This document shows positions 9,205 through 19,026 of a stretch of 64,000 nucleotides of DNA, piece by piece (the stretch's first letter is position 1; each line of letters begins with the position of its first letter). Origin of the DNA: an uncultured Gammaproteobacteria bacterium. Its GTDB lineage: Bacteria > Patescibacteriota > Microgenomatia > Daviesbacterales > UBA10151. The position numbers and the translations under genes are program-made. The stretch spans positions 20,164-84,163 of the forward strand of contig CAYUPO010000004.1 of the NCBI GenBank assembly GCA_964446685.1. The letters run 5' to 3'. The notes under the pieces are model-generated. The model saw nothing but the letters and a program-made list of their open reading frames with translations, was not told the DNA's origin and ran no database searches.

Positions 9205-9684
9205 TTGAAAGAGGTAAATTTAATGCAAGAACACAGCCATAAGCTCCAAAACAAATATACCTCTCCCTACTTTAATCTGGCGATCAAACACCGGATCCAA
9301 ACCCTTCGTATTAATATGTATTGCAGTACCGCTTTTTTAACCACAAATTTTCTTCCTCAGACAACAGCTATTTTAGAAGAAACTTTACCCAGTGTCTTGA
9401 TGACTGAGTGTTTTAATGAAGAAAATCTGCCTTTCAGGGATGAAGTTAATAACACTGAAATTGCTCATTTGTTTGAACATGTCTTACTTGAATATTTATG
9501 TTTAGAAAAAATAGCTGATGGCACAAGGGATGCCTGTTTTAGCGGCCGGACACACTGGAACTGGATAAAATATCCTAAAGGAAGTTTTTTTATCAATATT
9601 ACAATGGAAAAAACAGATTTGGTTTTTCTCCCGACCGCTTTACAAAAAACGATTGTTTTGATGGAACAAATTTTAAAGAGTTAA
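9205..9684 (+). CDS. hypothetical protein
   Basis: 159-aa ORF with no recognised motif. Confidence 0.4.
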   Translation: MKEVNLMQEHSHKLQNKYTSPYFNLAIKHRIQTLRINMYCSTAFLTTNFLPQTTAILEETLPSVLMTECFNEENLPFRDEVNNTEIAHLFEHVLLEYLCLEKIADGTRDACFSGRTHWNWIKYPKGSFFINITMEKTDLVFLPTALQKTIVLMEQILKS

Positions 9685-9686
9685 GT

Positions 9687-9875
9687 TTACATTACTTTTC
9701 TTTGTCCACCTTTTCTTCCAGCAGCCCGTGCTTCATCACTACTCCATTCATGAGCAATTCCTTTTGCATGAGCAGCTTTTCCACCTTTGGAAGCGATAGC
9801 ACTTACCTGATCTGAAGACATCGCTGCAAAGCCTCGTTTACTTTTCCTTTTTTTTGATGTTTTTTTATCATCCAT
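9687..9875 (-). CDS. stress-induced KGG-repeat protein (YciG/GsiB-like)
   Basis: 62-aa basic protein with SKGGKAAH...GRKGGQ KGG-type motifs. Confidence 0.55.
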   Translation of the reverse strand: MDDKKTSKKRKSKRGFAAMSSDQVSAIASKGGKAAHAKGIAHEWSSDEARAAGRKGGQRKVM

Positions 9876-10079
9876 GATTTTTTTTCACCTCCACTCGTAA
9901 TAAAACTATAACTCGGCAATTTTAACGTCCAGTCAATTTGAGGTAAGAATCTGGCAAATGTCATCCCCCTCAATTTAGTTAAAATAATCAAAATTCTCAT
10001 CCAAACTCAGCAATTTCTTACTTTATAAGCCCGAAAGTAATAGTTGCGTAAGAATGTGCCTAAAATAGGGTAAATTAGC

Positions 10080-10108
10080 TTGAATTAGATTTTTTGCCCA
10101 CGTATAAT
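10080..10108 (+). promoter_or_regulatory. sigma70-like promoter (TTGAAT-17 nt-TATAAT) for the response regulator; near-leaderless
   Basis: TTGAAT at 10080-10085 and TATAAT at 10103-10108, with the ATG at 10116. Confidence 0.4.
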
Positions 10109-10115
10109 CCTTTCA

Positions 10116-10790
10116 ATGCTGAACAATATTTTGATTATCGAAGACGATAGCGGTCTGCAAAAGTATCTCAAAGAGTTCTTAATTGATAACGGTTTTACTG
10201 CCAATATTGCCGGAGACGGTGTTACTGCTTTGAGAATAATCAAAAAATCTCCACCTGATTTAGCTATTTTAGATCTGGGGCTACCGGATATGACCGGTGA
10301 ATCAGTATGTCTGGAAATCCGCAAAAACTATCCTAATTTGCCAGTTATTATTCTGACTGCCAAAGACACAGTGGCAGATGTTGTAGCAGGTCTCAACCTG
10401 GGTGCAGATGATTATGTGACCAAACCATTCGTAGCCGATGAACTACTTGCCCGTATTACTGCCAGACTGAGAAATCAAAATACTTCTAAAGATAATAAAT
10501 TAACAGTAGCCGATCTGGAACTAGACAATAAAACATTTGAAGTCTCCCGAAACGGTACTCAGATCCAACTAACTCCGCAGGAATTTAAACTACTTGAATA
10601 CCTGATGAACAATAAAGGCCGAATATTGACTAGAGAAATGATTTTAAACAGAGTCTGGCTTTATTCCCCTGATATTGAAACCAGAGTAGTCGATGTCTAC
10701 ATGGGCTATCTCAGAAAAAAGATCGACCAGGATTTTGAAAAGAAACTTCTCCACTCAGTCAGAGGTTTCGGGTACATGATCAAAGATTAA
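10116..10790 (+). CDS. two-component response regulator, OmpR/PhoB family
   Basis: Receiver domain (DD...D54 context ILDLGLPDM, K at TKPF) plus a C-terminal winged-helix DNA-binding domain (LTPQEFKLLEYL...VRGFGY). Confidence 0.9.
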   Translation: MLNNILIIEDDSGLQKYLKEFLIDNGFTANIAGDGVTALRIIKKSPPDLAILDLGLPDMTGESVCLEIRKNYPNLPVIILTAKDTVADVVAGLNLGADDYVTKPFVADELLARITARLRNQNTSKDNKLTVADLELDNKTFEVSRNGTQIQLTPQEFKLLEYLMNNKGRILTREMILNRVWLYSPDIETRVVDVYMGYLRKKIDQDFEKKLLHSVRGFGYMIKD

Positions 10791-10792
10791 AC

Positions 10793-11872
10793 TCAAAAAT
10801 CCCCACCATTATTTGCAGCTTTTTCCAAAGCATTTTGATACCAATGGATTTTCTGATCTCTTAAATGAATGTTAAACAAAACATCACATTGAGGTTGAGG
10901 TATACCTAACAGAAATCTCAAAACATACATCATATGTGGAAATCGTCTTGCATAATGCTCTAACTTACGATCCAATTGATTTGCAGGTGTATTTTCTTTT
11001 ATTTTTTGAATTACACTTTCAGGTAAAGGATATAGGCTAAAATCAATTCCGGCACTCTGCAAATCATCAATTTGCTTTTCAACTTGGTTGTCACTTTGAG
11101 CCATAAGCTCAGGTGTGGCCATTCTCCTCATGAGAGATGGAACTTTTCCAAAATCACCATCATAGACAATACCCTGATCAACTAGGATTTTTTCGATTGC
11201 TTCTTCAGATAATCCCTCCTGCAACACATATTTTCTGATTTGAGCTGCTCGTGTTTTGTTATCAAAATCAGACGGGACACCCCAGGTTCTAACATTTGAC
11301 CTTTTACCAATTTTTTTTGCCGCTTCACGTCCTTTATCCAGATTACCCAAGACTACTGGATCAGTGATTAATATCCAGCTAGGGCCTTTCCCCTCATCTC
11401 TGGCTCTTTTATTATGCAGAGCGATTTCTTCAAGTTTAGGATCAACTGTAGAATAGATCGCATCTGATACTTTTCCCCAAGTCTCAGAGGACCAAGCTGA
11501 CTGATGCACACCCTGCTCTTCAACAACTTTTGTAACAAATCTATCAAAGGGCAAAATTTGAGGAAGCACACCAAAACGCATCATTCTACTAACCTGTGCT
11601 CTTTTTGCCAAAAGCTCCTGTCCTTCCCTTGGAACAATAGTTTGTATACGGTCATTTAACAATTCATGCATTCTATTTAAAACTTGAACTATAATCGCTG
11701 TTTTACCTGCCCCCCCTTCCCCTATGATTTGAATTCCATCAATTTGAGGATTTTCTAGAACATCCGAAATTATTGCGGGACCTGCAGGATATCCTGATCG
11801 ATTTAATGAATTATCTAACACTTCATGAGAACAAGAAGATATCGCTTTCTCTTTAGGATTTATCATATACAT
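10793..11872 (-). CDS. P-loop NTPase of unknown function
   Basis: Walker A GEGGAGKT; co-directional with, and overlapping the 3' end of, the histidine kinase gene. Confidence 0.45.
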   Translation of the reverse strand: MYMINPKEKAISSCSHEVLDNSLNRSGYPAGPAIISDVLENPQIDGIQIIGEGGAGKTAIIVQVLNRMHELLNDRIQTIVPREGQELLAKRAQVSRMMRFGVLPQILPFDRFVTKVVEEQGVHQSAWSSETWGKVSDAIYSTVDPKLEEIALHNKRARDEGKGPSWILITDPVVLGNLDKGREAAKKIGKRSNVRTWGVPSDFDNKTRAAQIRKYVLQEGLSEEAIEKILVDQGIVYDGDFGKVPSLMRRMATPELMAQSDNQVEKQIDDLQSAGIDFSLYPLPESVIQKIKENTPANQLDRKLEHYARRFPHMMYVLRFLLGIPQPQCDVLFNIHLRDQKIHWYQNALEKAANNGGDF

Positions 11873-13046
11873 GTATAGGTAATAAAAGTTCTACAGTAGT
11901 TCCTTTACCCTCTTTGGATTTGATACTTACAAACCCTCTATGGGCACTAACAATATCCTCAACTAAATACAAACCAAGTCCCATTCCTTCTTTGTTGTGA
12001 TTTGACCCCACAAAATAACTACTTTTAACTTGATTAATATCATTTTCTTTAATACCTAAACCTTTATCGCGGACTCGAATTCTATAATATGTATCTTTAT
12101 TATCTAAACTAAGCATTACCGGATAATCATTGGATGAGAATTTACCAGCATTATCTAATAAATTCAATATAGCCTGAAGCAACTTATCAAAATCTCCAAC
12201 AACAAAAGGATCTTTATTCTCTAGCTCATTACTAACCGAAATCGATCTATCTGGATACATAAATTTAAAATTATTCTTTGCTCTGTTTAGAATTTCAGAC
12301 AAATTACACTCTTTCCATACATAATTTGTTTTTCCAGATTTAATTCTGTTAATTTCAAGTAAATCATCAATTAAAATCCTCATCCTGTTACATTCATAAG
12401 TTAGCTGATCTGCCCATCTGCTCTCGCTAGATTCCGAACCACCTAGTCTTTTAGATAATAATTGTGAGTATCCATGTATTGCTGTTAACGGCGTTCGAAG
12501 TTCATGCGCTGCCATAGAAATAAATTTATCCCGCATATTCAGTGCTTGCTGAAGCTGGCTATAAAATTCTGCCTGAGTAATGGCTAATGTAGCCATGGAT
12601 CCAAAAAGCTGCAATACATGTAATTCTTTGTTATCAAATGATCTGTCTTTTCGCGATGATCTTACAATTAATGTTCCTAAAGCTTTTTTTTTGTATGCGA
12701 GGGGGATAAACAAACTGGAGTGAACATTTTCAAATTCTTTTTCAGGATGAGCTTTTCTTAACTCATAATAATCAATCATAAATGCTTTGTTTTTAGTAAA
12801 GGCGCGATACGAAAAACCATTTTTTCTGGTTTTAACTGCGGCAATAGAAGCAGAAGAGCTATAAACTTTTTTAAATTCCCCATTCTGTACCAATAAAATC
12901 GCCCCATCATCTCCCTTTACTAACTTAATCGCCTCATTTACAACCGTAGAGTAAATCTCCTCAGGGGATAACTGAGTAAGTAATTTAAGCACAGAAGAAT
13001 AAATCATTTCTAAAATTGATTCATCTATATCATCAGTTAGGCTCAT
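11853..13046 (-). CDS. cytoplasmic sensor histidine kinase with N-terminal GAF-like domain
   Basis: H-box HELRTPLTAIHGY, N-box LLDNAGKFS, G-boxes GMGLGLYLV and GKGTTVEL; no transmembrane segment. Confidence 0.85.
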   Translation of the reverse strand: MSLTDDIDESILEMIYSSVLKLLTQLSPEEIYSTVVNEAIKLVKGDDGAILLVQNGEFKKVYSSSASIAAVKTRKNGFSYRAFTKNKAFMIDYYELRKAHPEKEFENVHSSLFIPLAYKKKALGTLIVRSSRKDRSFDNKELHVLQLFGSMATLAITQAEFYSQLQQALNMRDKFISMAAHELRTPLTAIHGYSQLLSKRLGGSESSESRWADQLTYECNRMRILIDDLLEINRIKSGKTNYVWKECNLSEILNRAKNNFKFMYPDRSISVSNELENKDPFVVGDFDKLLQAILNLLDNAGKFSSNDYPVMLSLDNKDTYYRIRVRDKGLGIKENDINQVKSSYFVGSNHNKEGMGLGLYLVEDIVSAHRGFVSIKSKEGKGTTVELLLPIHVYDKS

Positions 13047-13220
13047 ATTATATATTATAAGTCAAAAGCCCTATAAATTCACTTTTTTTTTATATTTATT
13101 ACCATTTTCTTACATAAAACACCCACAAACAAATCAACCATGAAACTAAAAAGAAGGTAAAATTGCAATATTCTTACAAAAAAGGCTTAGGTTTTTGTAC
13201 CCAAGCCTTTGTGTACTCTA

Positions 13221-13814
13221 TTAACGATGAAGATGTGTTCTGTCATCATCTAAATCTCTGATTCTGGAAGATTCATGAGTGGTCGTAGATATGGTTCTCA
13301 CTTGTTGAGCTCCAAATTTATCCATTACTCTCATGGCTTCTTCAGTCTGAGTTCCCTGTGCAGGAACTGCGACCAAAACACCACCGCTTTTAATAGATTC
13401 TTCATAAACCCGGGCTTCATTATCAGGTACCCCAAGTCCTGTTAAAGCTCCTATTAATCCTCCGGCTAATACTCCGGTTGTGGCACCGGAAACAGTTGTG
13501 GCAGCGGCTCCACTGAGTCCTAAAGCCGCAGCTAAAGGTCCGCCGATCAAAACAGCTCCGATTCCAGGAATAGCGATAGCTCCGATACCGACTAAAAGTC
13601 CGGCTAAGGCACCAATGATTCCGCCTGTAGTCGCTCCACTGGCTGCACTTTCGGCTACACTGGCTCCTGTTGCATCAGCAACTCTTTTTCCTTCAACAGT
13701 ATCCCGCATCACAATAGATAGATCTTTTGGATCATATCCTAAGCGTTCAAGATCACCAATCGCATTTTCTGCATTATCTGAGTCACTAAAAACTCCTAAT
13801 ATCATTTTTGACAT
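13221..13814 (-). CDS. general stress protein, YflT/DUF1269-like, with glycine-zipper membrane segment
   Basis: N-terminal ILGVFSDSDNAENAIGDLERLGYDPKDLSIV, a long Gly/Ala-rich hydrophobic core, and a C-terminal EARVYEESIKSGGVLVAVP repeat of the motif. Confidence 0.5.
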   Translation of the reverse strand: MSKMILGVFSDSDNAENAIGDLERLGYDPKDLSIVMRDTVEGKRVADATGASVAESAASGATTGGIIGALAGLLVGIGAIAIPGIGAVLIGGPLAAALGLSGAAATTVSGATTGVLAGGLIGALTGLGVPDNEARVYEESIKSGGVLVAVPAQGTQTEEAMRVMDKFGAQQVRTISTTTHESSRIRDLDDDRTHLHR

Positions 13815-13850
13815 ATATATTCACCTCCTCCTAGAATTAAATTACAAATT

Positions 13851-13931
13851 CAAAATTTCAAATGACAAACAATTTACAATTAAACACTTATTTATTGTTT
13901 GATATTTGGAACTTGTTATTTTGAATTTTTA
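13851..13931. repeat. solo copy of the AT-rich inverted-repeat termini seen around the four-helix-bundle cassette (MITE-like, no cargo)
   Basis: acaaattcaaaatttcaaa ... cttgttattttgaattttt closely resembles the two arms of the 7481/7970 inverted repeat. Confidence 0.4.
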
Positions 13932-13971
13932 CAAAGTTAGGGCTCGCTTTAATACGAGCCCTTTTGTTTCT

Positions 13972-14232
13972 TTATGCTCTGTTAAACATTCTCCCGATGT
14001 ATAACACCAAGAGTGAGCCTACGATTGCAACAATTAAGGAACTGAAGTTAAATCCAGTTACCGGAGTTCCAAGTAATAATCCACCGAGATAACCTCCAAC
14101 AACTGATCCGACTATTCCCAAAATGATTGATCCAAGAAGACCTCCCTGGGACTGTCTGGGATCTACAAAGTTAGCAATACTCCCGACAATAAGTCCGAAT
14201 ACTATCCAAAGTAAAAATGACATATATTTCAC
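13972..14232 (-). CDS. GlsB/YeaQ/YmgE family stress-response membrane protein
   Basis: About 85 aa with two Gly-rich helices (GSIILGIVGSVVGGYLGG) typical of transglycosylase-associated proteins. Confidence 0.8.
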   Translation of the reverse strand: MKYMSFLLWIVFGLIVGSIANFVDPRQSQGGLLGSIILGIVGSVVGGYLGGLLLGTPVTGFNFSSLIVAIVGSLLVLYIGRMFNRA

Positions 14233-14324
14233 TCACCTCCCTCTTTCTGTACTAAAATAATAGAATTTAACAGTAAGAATGGCTGTGTTTAGCCGTAAGA
14301 AAGTAGAAAGAAATGAGAGCAGAA

Positions 14325-14435
14325 AATTCAGAGTATCAGCTTTGTCAGAGTGTCAGATTACAGAAGAATCAGATATATCTGATCTTTGATTTATCTGTTA
14401 CCTGATTTATCTGATTTTAGCTGATACTCTGAATT
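14325..14435. repeat. 16-bp inverted repeat (AATTCAGAGTATCAGC / GCTGATACTCTGAATT) enclosing ~80 bp with internal TGATTTATCTG direct repeats
   Basis: Seen directly, in the glsB-upstream / lipid-kinase-downstream intergenic region. Confidence 0.6.
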
Positions 14436-14442
14436 TTCTATA

Positions 14443-15441
14443 TTAAGGATCAAGTATTTGTCGCGGATTTAAATAGGCTTCTCCTGGATCAGGAAAGCCG
14501 GTTATGACATTTAGAGCATTTGGGACAACTTCATACTGAGCTGGTGTTTCACCAAAAACTCTGGCATCTGCATGAACCATTCGTGGCCGTTTTGTTTTAA
14601 GTACAACTTTGATTCCCTGGTAGGTTTTTATTTTTTGTGTCTTGCCTCTTTTTCCGTAAAACAAATTAACAAAAAATCTGAGTAATTCATATTTAGTCAT
14701 TTTATATACCGATACAGTCAACCGGTGATCATTTAATTTTGCCTCCGGAGCCAGTTTTAGAGCAGCTCCGCTAAATGCTCCATTTGAAACAGTCACAGCC
14801 GAAGCTTTAGCATGAATTTTTTGATCATCTATCTCCACATCAACTGAATAGGTATAAAAATCAATAAAAGTTTTAATTATTTTAAAAATTTCCCCAAACT
14901 CGCCGTTTTCCATCCTTCGGATCGATTCATGCACCTGTGCTTCCCAGCCAAATCCAGAACTTTCCAGGAAAAAATATGGTTCACTAAGCTTTTCTCCCAT
15001 GTGAGTAATTTTTCCAATATCAATCTTCCTAGTTCTTCCAATCTTAATTAGAGCCACCGCTTTTTCTAAATCATTTGGAACAGACAACATTCGGGCAATA
15101 TTCATAAATGAACCAAGTGGCAAAATACCCAGTGGGACATCCGAACCAATCAGCCCATTTGCCGCTTCACCAACCGTTCCATCCCCACCAGCCACTAAGA
15201 CTGCTTTATAACCCTGTTTAATGGCTTCCTGGGCCAGTTCTTTAGCATGACCGGCTCTTTTAGTCGGTGCCAGATCAACCACAATCTGATATTTTTCCAG
15301 CAAAAACTGAACTTGTTCTAAAGTTGCTTCCGGGTTTTTATGAAAATGTAAAATTGATCTTTTTTTACCGGCCTTAGGATTAAAAATAAGTTTATATTTT
15401 ACTTTTTCAGCCAGATCAGCTTGTTTGTGGACGGTTTTCAT
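14443..15441 (-). CDS. diacylglycerol-kinase-family lipid kinase (DAGK_cat; YegS/BmrU-like)
   Basis: KLIFNPKAGKK, VLVAGGDGTVGEAANGL and GILPLGSFMN motifs. The start is probably MKTVHKQ (ATG ~15441) rather than the ORF's 15489. Confidence 0.8.
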   Translation of the reverse strand: MKTVHKQADLAEKVKYKLIFNPKAGKKRSILHFHKNPEATLEQVQFLLEKYQIVVDLAPTKRAGHAKELAQEAIKQGYKAVLVAGGDGTVGEAANGLIGSDVPLGILPLGSFMNIARMLSVPNDLEKAVALIKIGRTRKIDIGKITHMGEKLSEPYFFLESSGFGWEAQVHESIRRMENGEFGEIFKIIKTFIDFYTYSVDVEIDDQKIHAKASAVTVSNGAFSGAALKLAPEAKLNDHRLTVSVYKMTKYELLRFFVNLFYGKRGKTQKIKTYQGIKVVLKTKRPRMVHADARVFGETPAQYEVVPNALNVITGFPDPGEAYLNPRQILDP

Positions 15442-15761
15442 GTCTGATTCCTTTCTTTTTCTGGAAAATAAGCTGCAGTTCCCGGCCAATTATCAAAATA
15501 GTTTTAGCTGTCAGATAGCCAATCAGCATTCCCGCAATCACATCCGAAGGAAAATGTGCACCAATATAAACCCGACTAAATTGAATAAATAATAAATCCA
15601 ATACCAAAAACCCCACCCAAAAAAAGCAGTATTTTCCACCAACTCATCCATAAATTATGCCTAAAATAAGTACTTATAAAGTAAAAAAAATGTAAGAATC
15701 CCGTGAGTCCAAAAAAGTTCGATTCCGCATCTCCCAACAGAAATAGCTCAAAATATATCAA
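15416..15761 (-). pseudogene. PAP2-family phosphatase, apparently frameshifted or truncated
   Basis: PAP2 motif-3 RVYIGAHFPSDVIAG in ORF 15416..15616. An upstream membrane ORF 15576..15761 lies in another frame across the homopolymer ccacccaaaaaaagc (~15610-15625). Confidence 0.4.
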
Positions 15762-15790
15762 AAACTTCTTTTCCCTGATATAATCTCACC

Positions 15791-16210
15791 ATGAAAATTG
15801 AAGATGAAATATCTTCCCAGAAATACCAACTTACGCGAAGAGGGTTTCTTGATGCTGTCTATAATAGAATTCACATCGTGCATTTTTATCCCACTAATAT
15901 GCAACAAGCCAGAGTCATTCCATTATCCGTATTAGATAAATATGGAAGAGTTATGGTTGCTTTAGGTATAAGTACGTATGTACCTAAAGAAAGACAACCA
16001 CTGTCTTTGGTTCATGAGATGATTCATGTAGACCGAAGCTCTTGGGAAAAGTTAGAAAATCAACCGCGTCATAAAATAAAAAAAATTATGAGTGAAGAAG
16101 AAGATTTAACTGAAAAAGCAGCCAAAGTATTTTATGATGAACATCAGAGGTTGGCAGCTGTAGCACTTAATCATGTGTGGTTAAGACGTGAAGAGCTTCC
16201 GATTGAATAA
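15791..16210 (+). CDS. hypothetical protein with HExxH motif (possible small zinc metallopeptidase)
   Basis: SLVHEMIHVDR; 139 aa. Confidence 0.35.
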   Translation: MKIEDEISSQKYQLTRRGFLDAVYNRIHIVHFYPTNMQQARVIPLSVLDKYGRVMVALGISTYVPKERQPLSLVHEMIHVDRSSWEKLENQPRHKIKKIMSEEEDLTEKAAKVFYDEHQRLAAVALNHVWLRREELPIE

Positions 16211-16253
16211 AAATTCGTAACATAGTCCACTAGACTCAACTTTAGTTAGCTGA

Positions 16254-17225
16254 CTAAATATTGTAGTCTTTAATTACTTGCCCAGATTCAATATCACCTC
16301 GTCTATGATCTGGTTTCCAAAAAATTCCTTGTGTTCTACCAAATAGTCCTTTTTCTCTGTAATCAGCAAAGTGCCCTCTTACCTCATGAAGTGCTCTAAC
16401 CAACCCATGGCTTTCAACCTGACCTTCTTTAAGGAGCAATTCTCGCAAAGGATCAATATCTATTATGTGATACTTTGTAAGTGGATGGCCAGTTTTCTTT
16501 TCGTGGCGTTTTGAGAGTTTTACCGGCGGTTCTTCAACTCTGGTTCTAGCTCCATGACAATGCATAAAACTAACCGCTAGCAAACTAGTAAATATTTCCT
16601 GTCCAAGATTACTTCTAACTAAATCATCAACCTGATCTTCTGGAGCAGCAGATTTTCCTCCTAGCCTCTCACATACTAGAGTTGAAAGTGATTCTCCATT
16701 ACCAAGAAGTCGACCATCTTCCATAACAAACAAATCATGTGATGTAGTAACCATTGGCTTTAAATCTCCATTATCGTGAATAACCGTCCCTCTTAAAATC
16801 CATTTAGTAGCATCCAGATCTTTAGGATCAACAGTGTTTCTGTATAAAGTTTTATCAGTTTGTGTTTCAAACAATATACCTGCTCGTTTGATTCCTGCAT
16901 TATATACAGCATCACTTTGAGCAGTTCGGTATTCCATAAAAAAACTTGGATATGGTGGCGCTATACATGGCAAATCTGAACCTTTCCAGCTCTCATCAGA
17001 ATAAAAAGCTCTCAGATAATCAGCGACATTTTGAATATGAAACACGGAATTTTCCCGAACCACTCGTTGAAGTCTTCCTTCCTCATAACTAAACACTTCT
17101 TCATTTCGAGCTCCTAAAAAGCTGGATATCCTGACACCATCTGTGATAATTTTATCTGATAATTTACGTCCTAAAATTTCCATATGCGTATTATAGGATA
17201 AAAATAAAATTAGTTCAATCCTCAA
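16254..17225 (-). CDS. hypothetical protein
   Basis: 323-aa ORF with no recognised motif. Confidence 0.4.
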   Translation of the reverse strand: MRIELILFLSYNTHMEILGRKLSDKIITDGVRISSFLGARNEEVFSYEEGRLQRVVRENSVFHIQNVADYLRAFYSDESWKGSDLPCIAPPYPSFFMEYRTAQSDAVYNAGIKRAGILFETQTDKTLYRNTVDPKDLDATKWILRGTVIHDNGDLKPMVTTSHDLFVMEDGRLLGNGESLSTLVCERLGGKSAAPEDQVDDLVRSNLGQEIFTSLLAVSFMHCHGARTRVEEPPVKLSKRHEKKTGHPLTKYHIIDIDPLRELLLKEGQVESHGLVRALHEVRGHFADYREKGLFGRTQGIFWKPDHRRGDIESGQVIKDYNI

Positions 17226-17337
17226 TGAAAATATTTTTTATTAAAGTAAAAAGTTCCGACTTTATCCAAGAGAGCCAACTTTTTAATGTCTGCGCAATGG
17301 ACAATGTTAAAACTTTTTTTGATATACTTCCGTAAGA

Positions 17338-17942
17338 ATGCAAACATACCAGCAGTCTCACCCATTCTATAAAGAATTAGAAATTCCAGAATATTCTCTT
17401 TATAAATTAGAACTTGTAACACCAGATATTAAATATGCAAAAGAAAGTTTGAAATGGGTAAGTGATAAGGACGTTGGTAAATATATGGGTACAGATTTTT
17501 CAAATGTTTCTCTAATGGGTGAAGAGCAGAGATTGAAAGAAATAATAAATAATCTCGATGCTTTTAATTGGATAATAGAAGTTAATGAAAATGCGGCTGG
17601 AAACATTAATTTAAATGAAATCGAAATTCATCAAAAGAATTTGGTTTTAAAGCAGGAAAATTAAATTATCTTTTAGGTCATAGAGAATTATGGGGAAAAG
17701 GAATTACAACAGCTGCTGTTAAAAAAATATTGGAATGGGCTTTTAATACAGCTGGTTTTGAAATAATTAAATCTAGAGTTGTGCTACAAAATAAATCTTC
17801 ACAATCTGTATTAATAAAGTCGGGATTTTTGGAATATGGCAAGGAAGATTATGAAGGACCTAATTTAGGTAAACAGACTTGGTACATTACTTATAAAATT
17901 ACGAAAGATGAATGGTTAAAGTTTACTAAACCCAACATTTAA
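17338..17942 (+). pseudogene. GNAT-family N-acetyltransferase interrupted by a frameshift
   Basis: ORF 17338..17664 ends ...IEIHQKNLVLKQEN*. The adjacent frame continues ...GFKAGKLNYLLGHRELWGKGITTAAVKKILEWAF (GNAT motif A), running into ORF 17730..17942. The shift lies at ~17636-17645. Confidence 0.5.
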
Positions 17943-18078
17943 ACATACTGCTTGTATAAACTTAAAACTTTCTTATACTCACAGATTCAGGGGACGACCC
18001 CAACCATCTAACTAAATTTTCGTAAATAAATCTTAAATAAAAAGTCGTAACATAATCCCATAGAGAGAGCAAAAACTA

Positions 18079-19026
18079 TTAATATCCTAGTTTAGCAAAA
18101 GAATAATCTAGCATTGCTTTGGCATCGTCTCTTCTGTTGGTTGCTCCAAGGAGTACACCCAGGACTTCGGCGTTGCCTTTTTTGGCTAGGGTTACCAGTG
18201 TTAGGCCGGCTTCGGGTGTGTAGCCGGTTTTAAGACCCATGACACCTGGATAAGTAGTCAGTAAATTGATACCTGAGTACATATCATAATCCTGATGGGT
18301 ATCAGTTATTGGCAGGTAAATATGCTCCCTTGAACTAATATTTATTACCTCAGGCCATCTTGATATCAGATACCGACTCATCAGAGCCACATCATAGGCT
18401 GTGGAAAAATGCTCGATTAACTTTGAAGGATCGCTCGGGTCATCCTCCTCCAAACCTGAAGGATTTATAAACCAGGTGTCATTCATTCCGAGAATTTTGG
18501 TCTTTGTATTCATCAGATTGATAAATTCCTCTCTACCTGAGGCAGATTGCTCGGCCAGTACTTCAGCGGCATCATTGGCCGAAACCAAAAAAATCCCGCT
18601 TAACAGCTCCTCCAGTGTCAATCGTTCGTTTTCCTTCAGCAGCATTTTATCAGGCTCCATTTCAGCTGCCATTTTTGACACAGTGTAGGTATCAGACAGC
18701 TTTTTATTTTCCAAAGCAATAATAGCAGTCATTATTTTTGTCAGCGAAGCGATTCTTTTTTTATCACGATAATTTTTCTGAAACAGTACCTGACCAGTAT
18801 TTGCTTCGACAAAGAAAGCTGACTCAGCAGATATTTCCGGAGCGGATACAAAACTACTTGCAGAGGCTTCCTTGGGAAACCAGATATTGTCAGAATATCT
18901 CATCTTGGATACACCAAGTACCGGTGAAATCAGATCTTTATTCGGAGATGCATGAAACCAAAATATCCAGACAAAAACAAACGCTAAACACCCCATAAAT
19001 CCGGCTGCACGTAGTAACCATTTCAT
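18079..19026 (-). CDS. D-alanyl-D-alanine carboxypeptidase (peptidase S11, PBP5-like), membrane-anchored
   Basis: SxxK (ASLTKIMT), SxN (SANDAA) and KTG (KTGYT) motifs. Confidence 0.85.
   Translation of the reverse strand: MKWLLRAAGFMGCLAFVFVWIFWFHASPNKDLISPVLGVSKMRYSDNIWFPKEASASSFVSAPEISAESAFFVEANTGQVLFQKNYRDKKRIASLTKIMTAIIALENKKLSDTYTVSKMAAEMEPDKMLLKENERLTLEELLSGIFLVSANDAAEVLAEQSASGREEFINLMNTKTKILGMNDTWFINPSGLEEDDPSDPSKLIEHFSTAYDVALMSRYLISRWPEVINISSREHIYLPITDTHQDYDMYSGINLLTTYPGVMGLKTGYTPEAGLTLVTLAKKGNAEVLGVLLGATNRRDDAKAMLDYSFAKLGY

Noticed and set aside
13480-13902. 140-aa plus-strand ORF rich in Ala/Pro
   Set aside because: It is antisense to the Gly/Ala-rich YflT-like gene and its low-complexity composition is an artefact of that.
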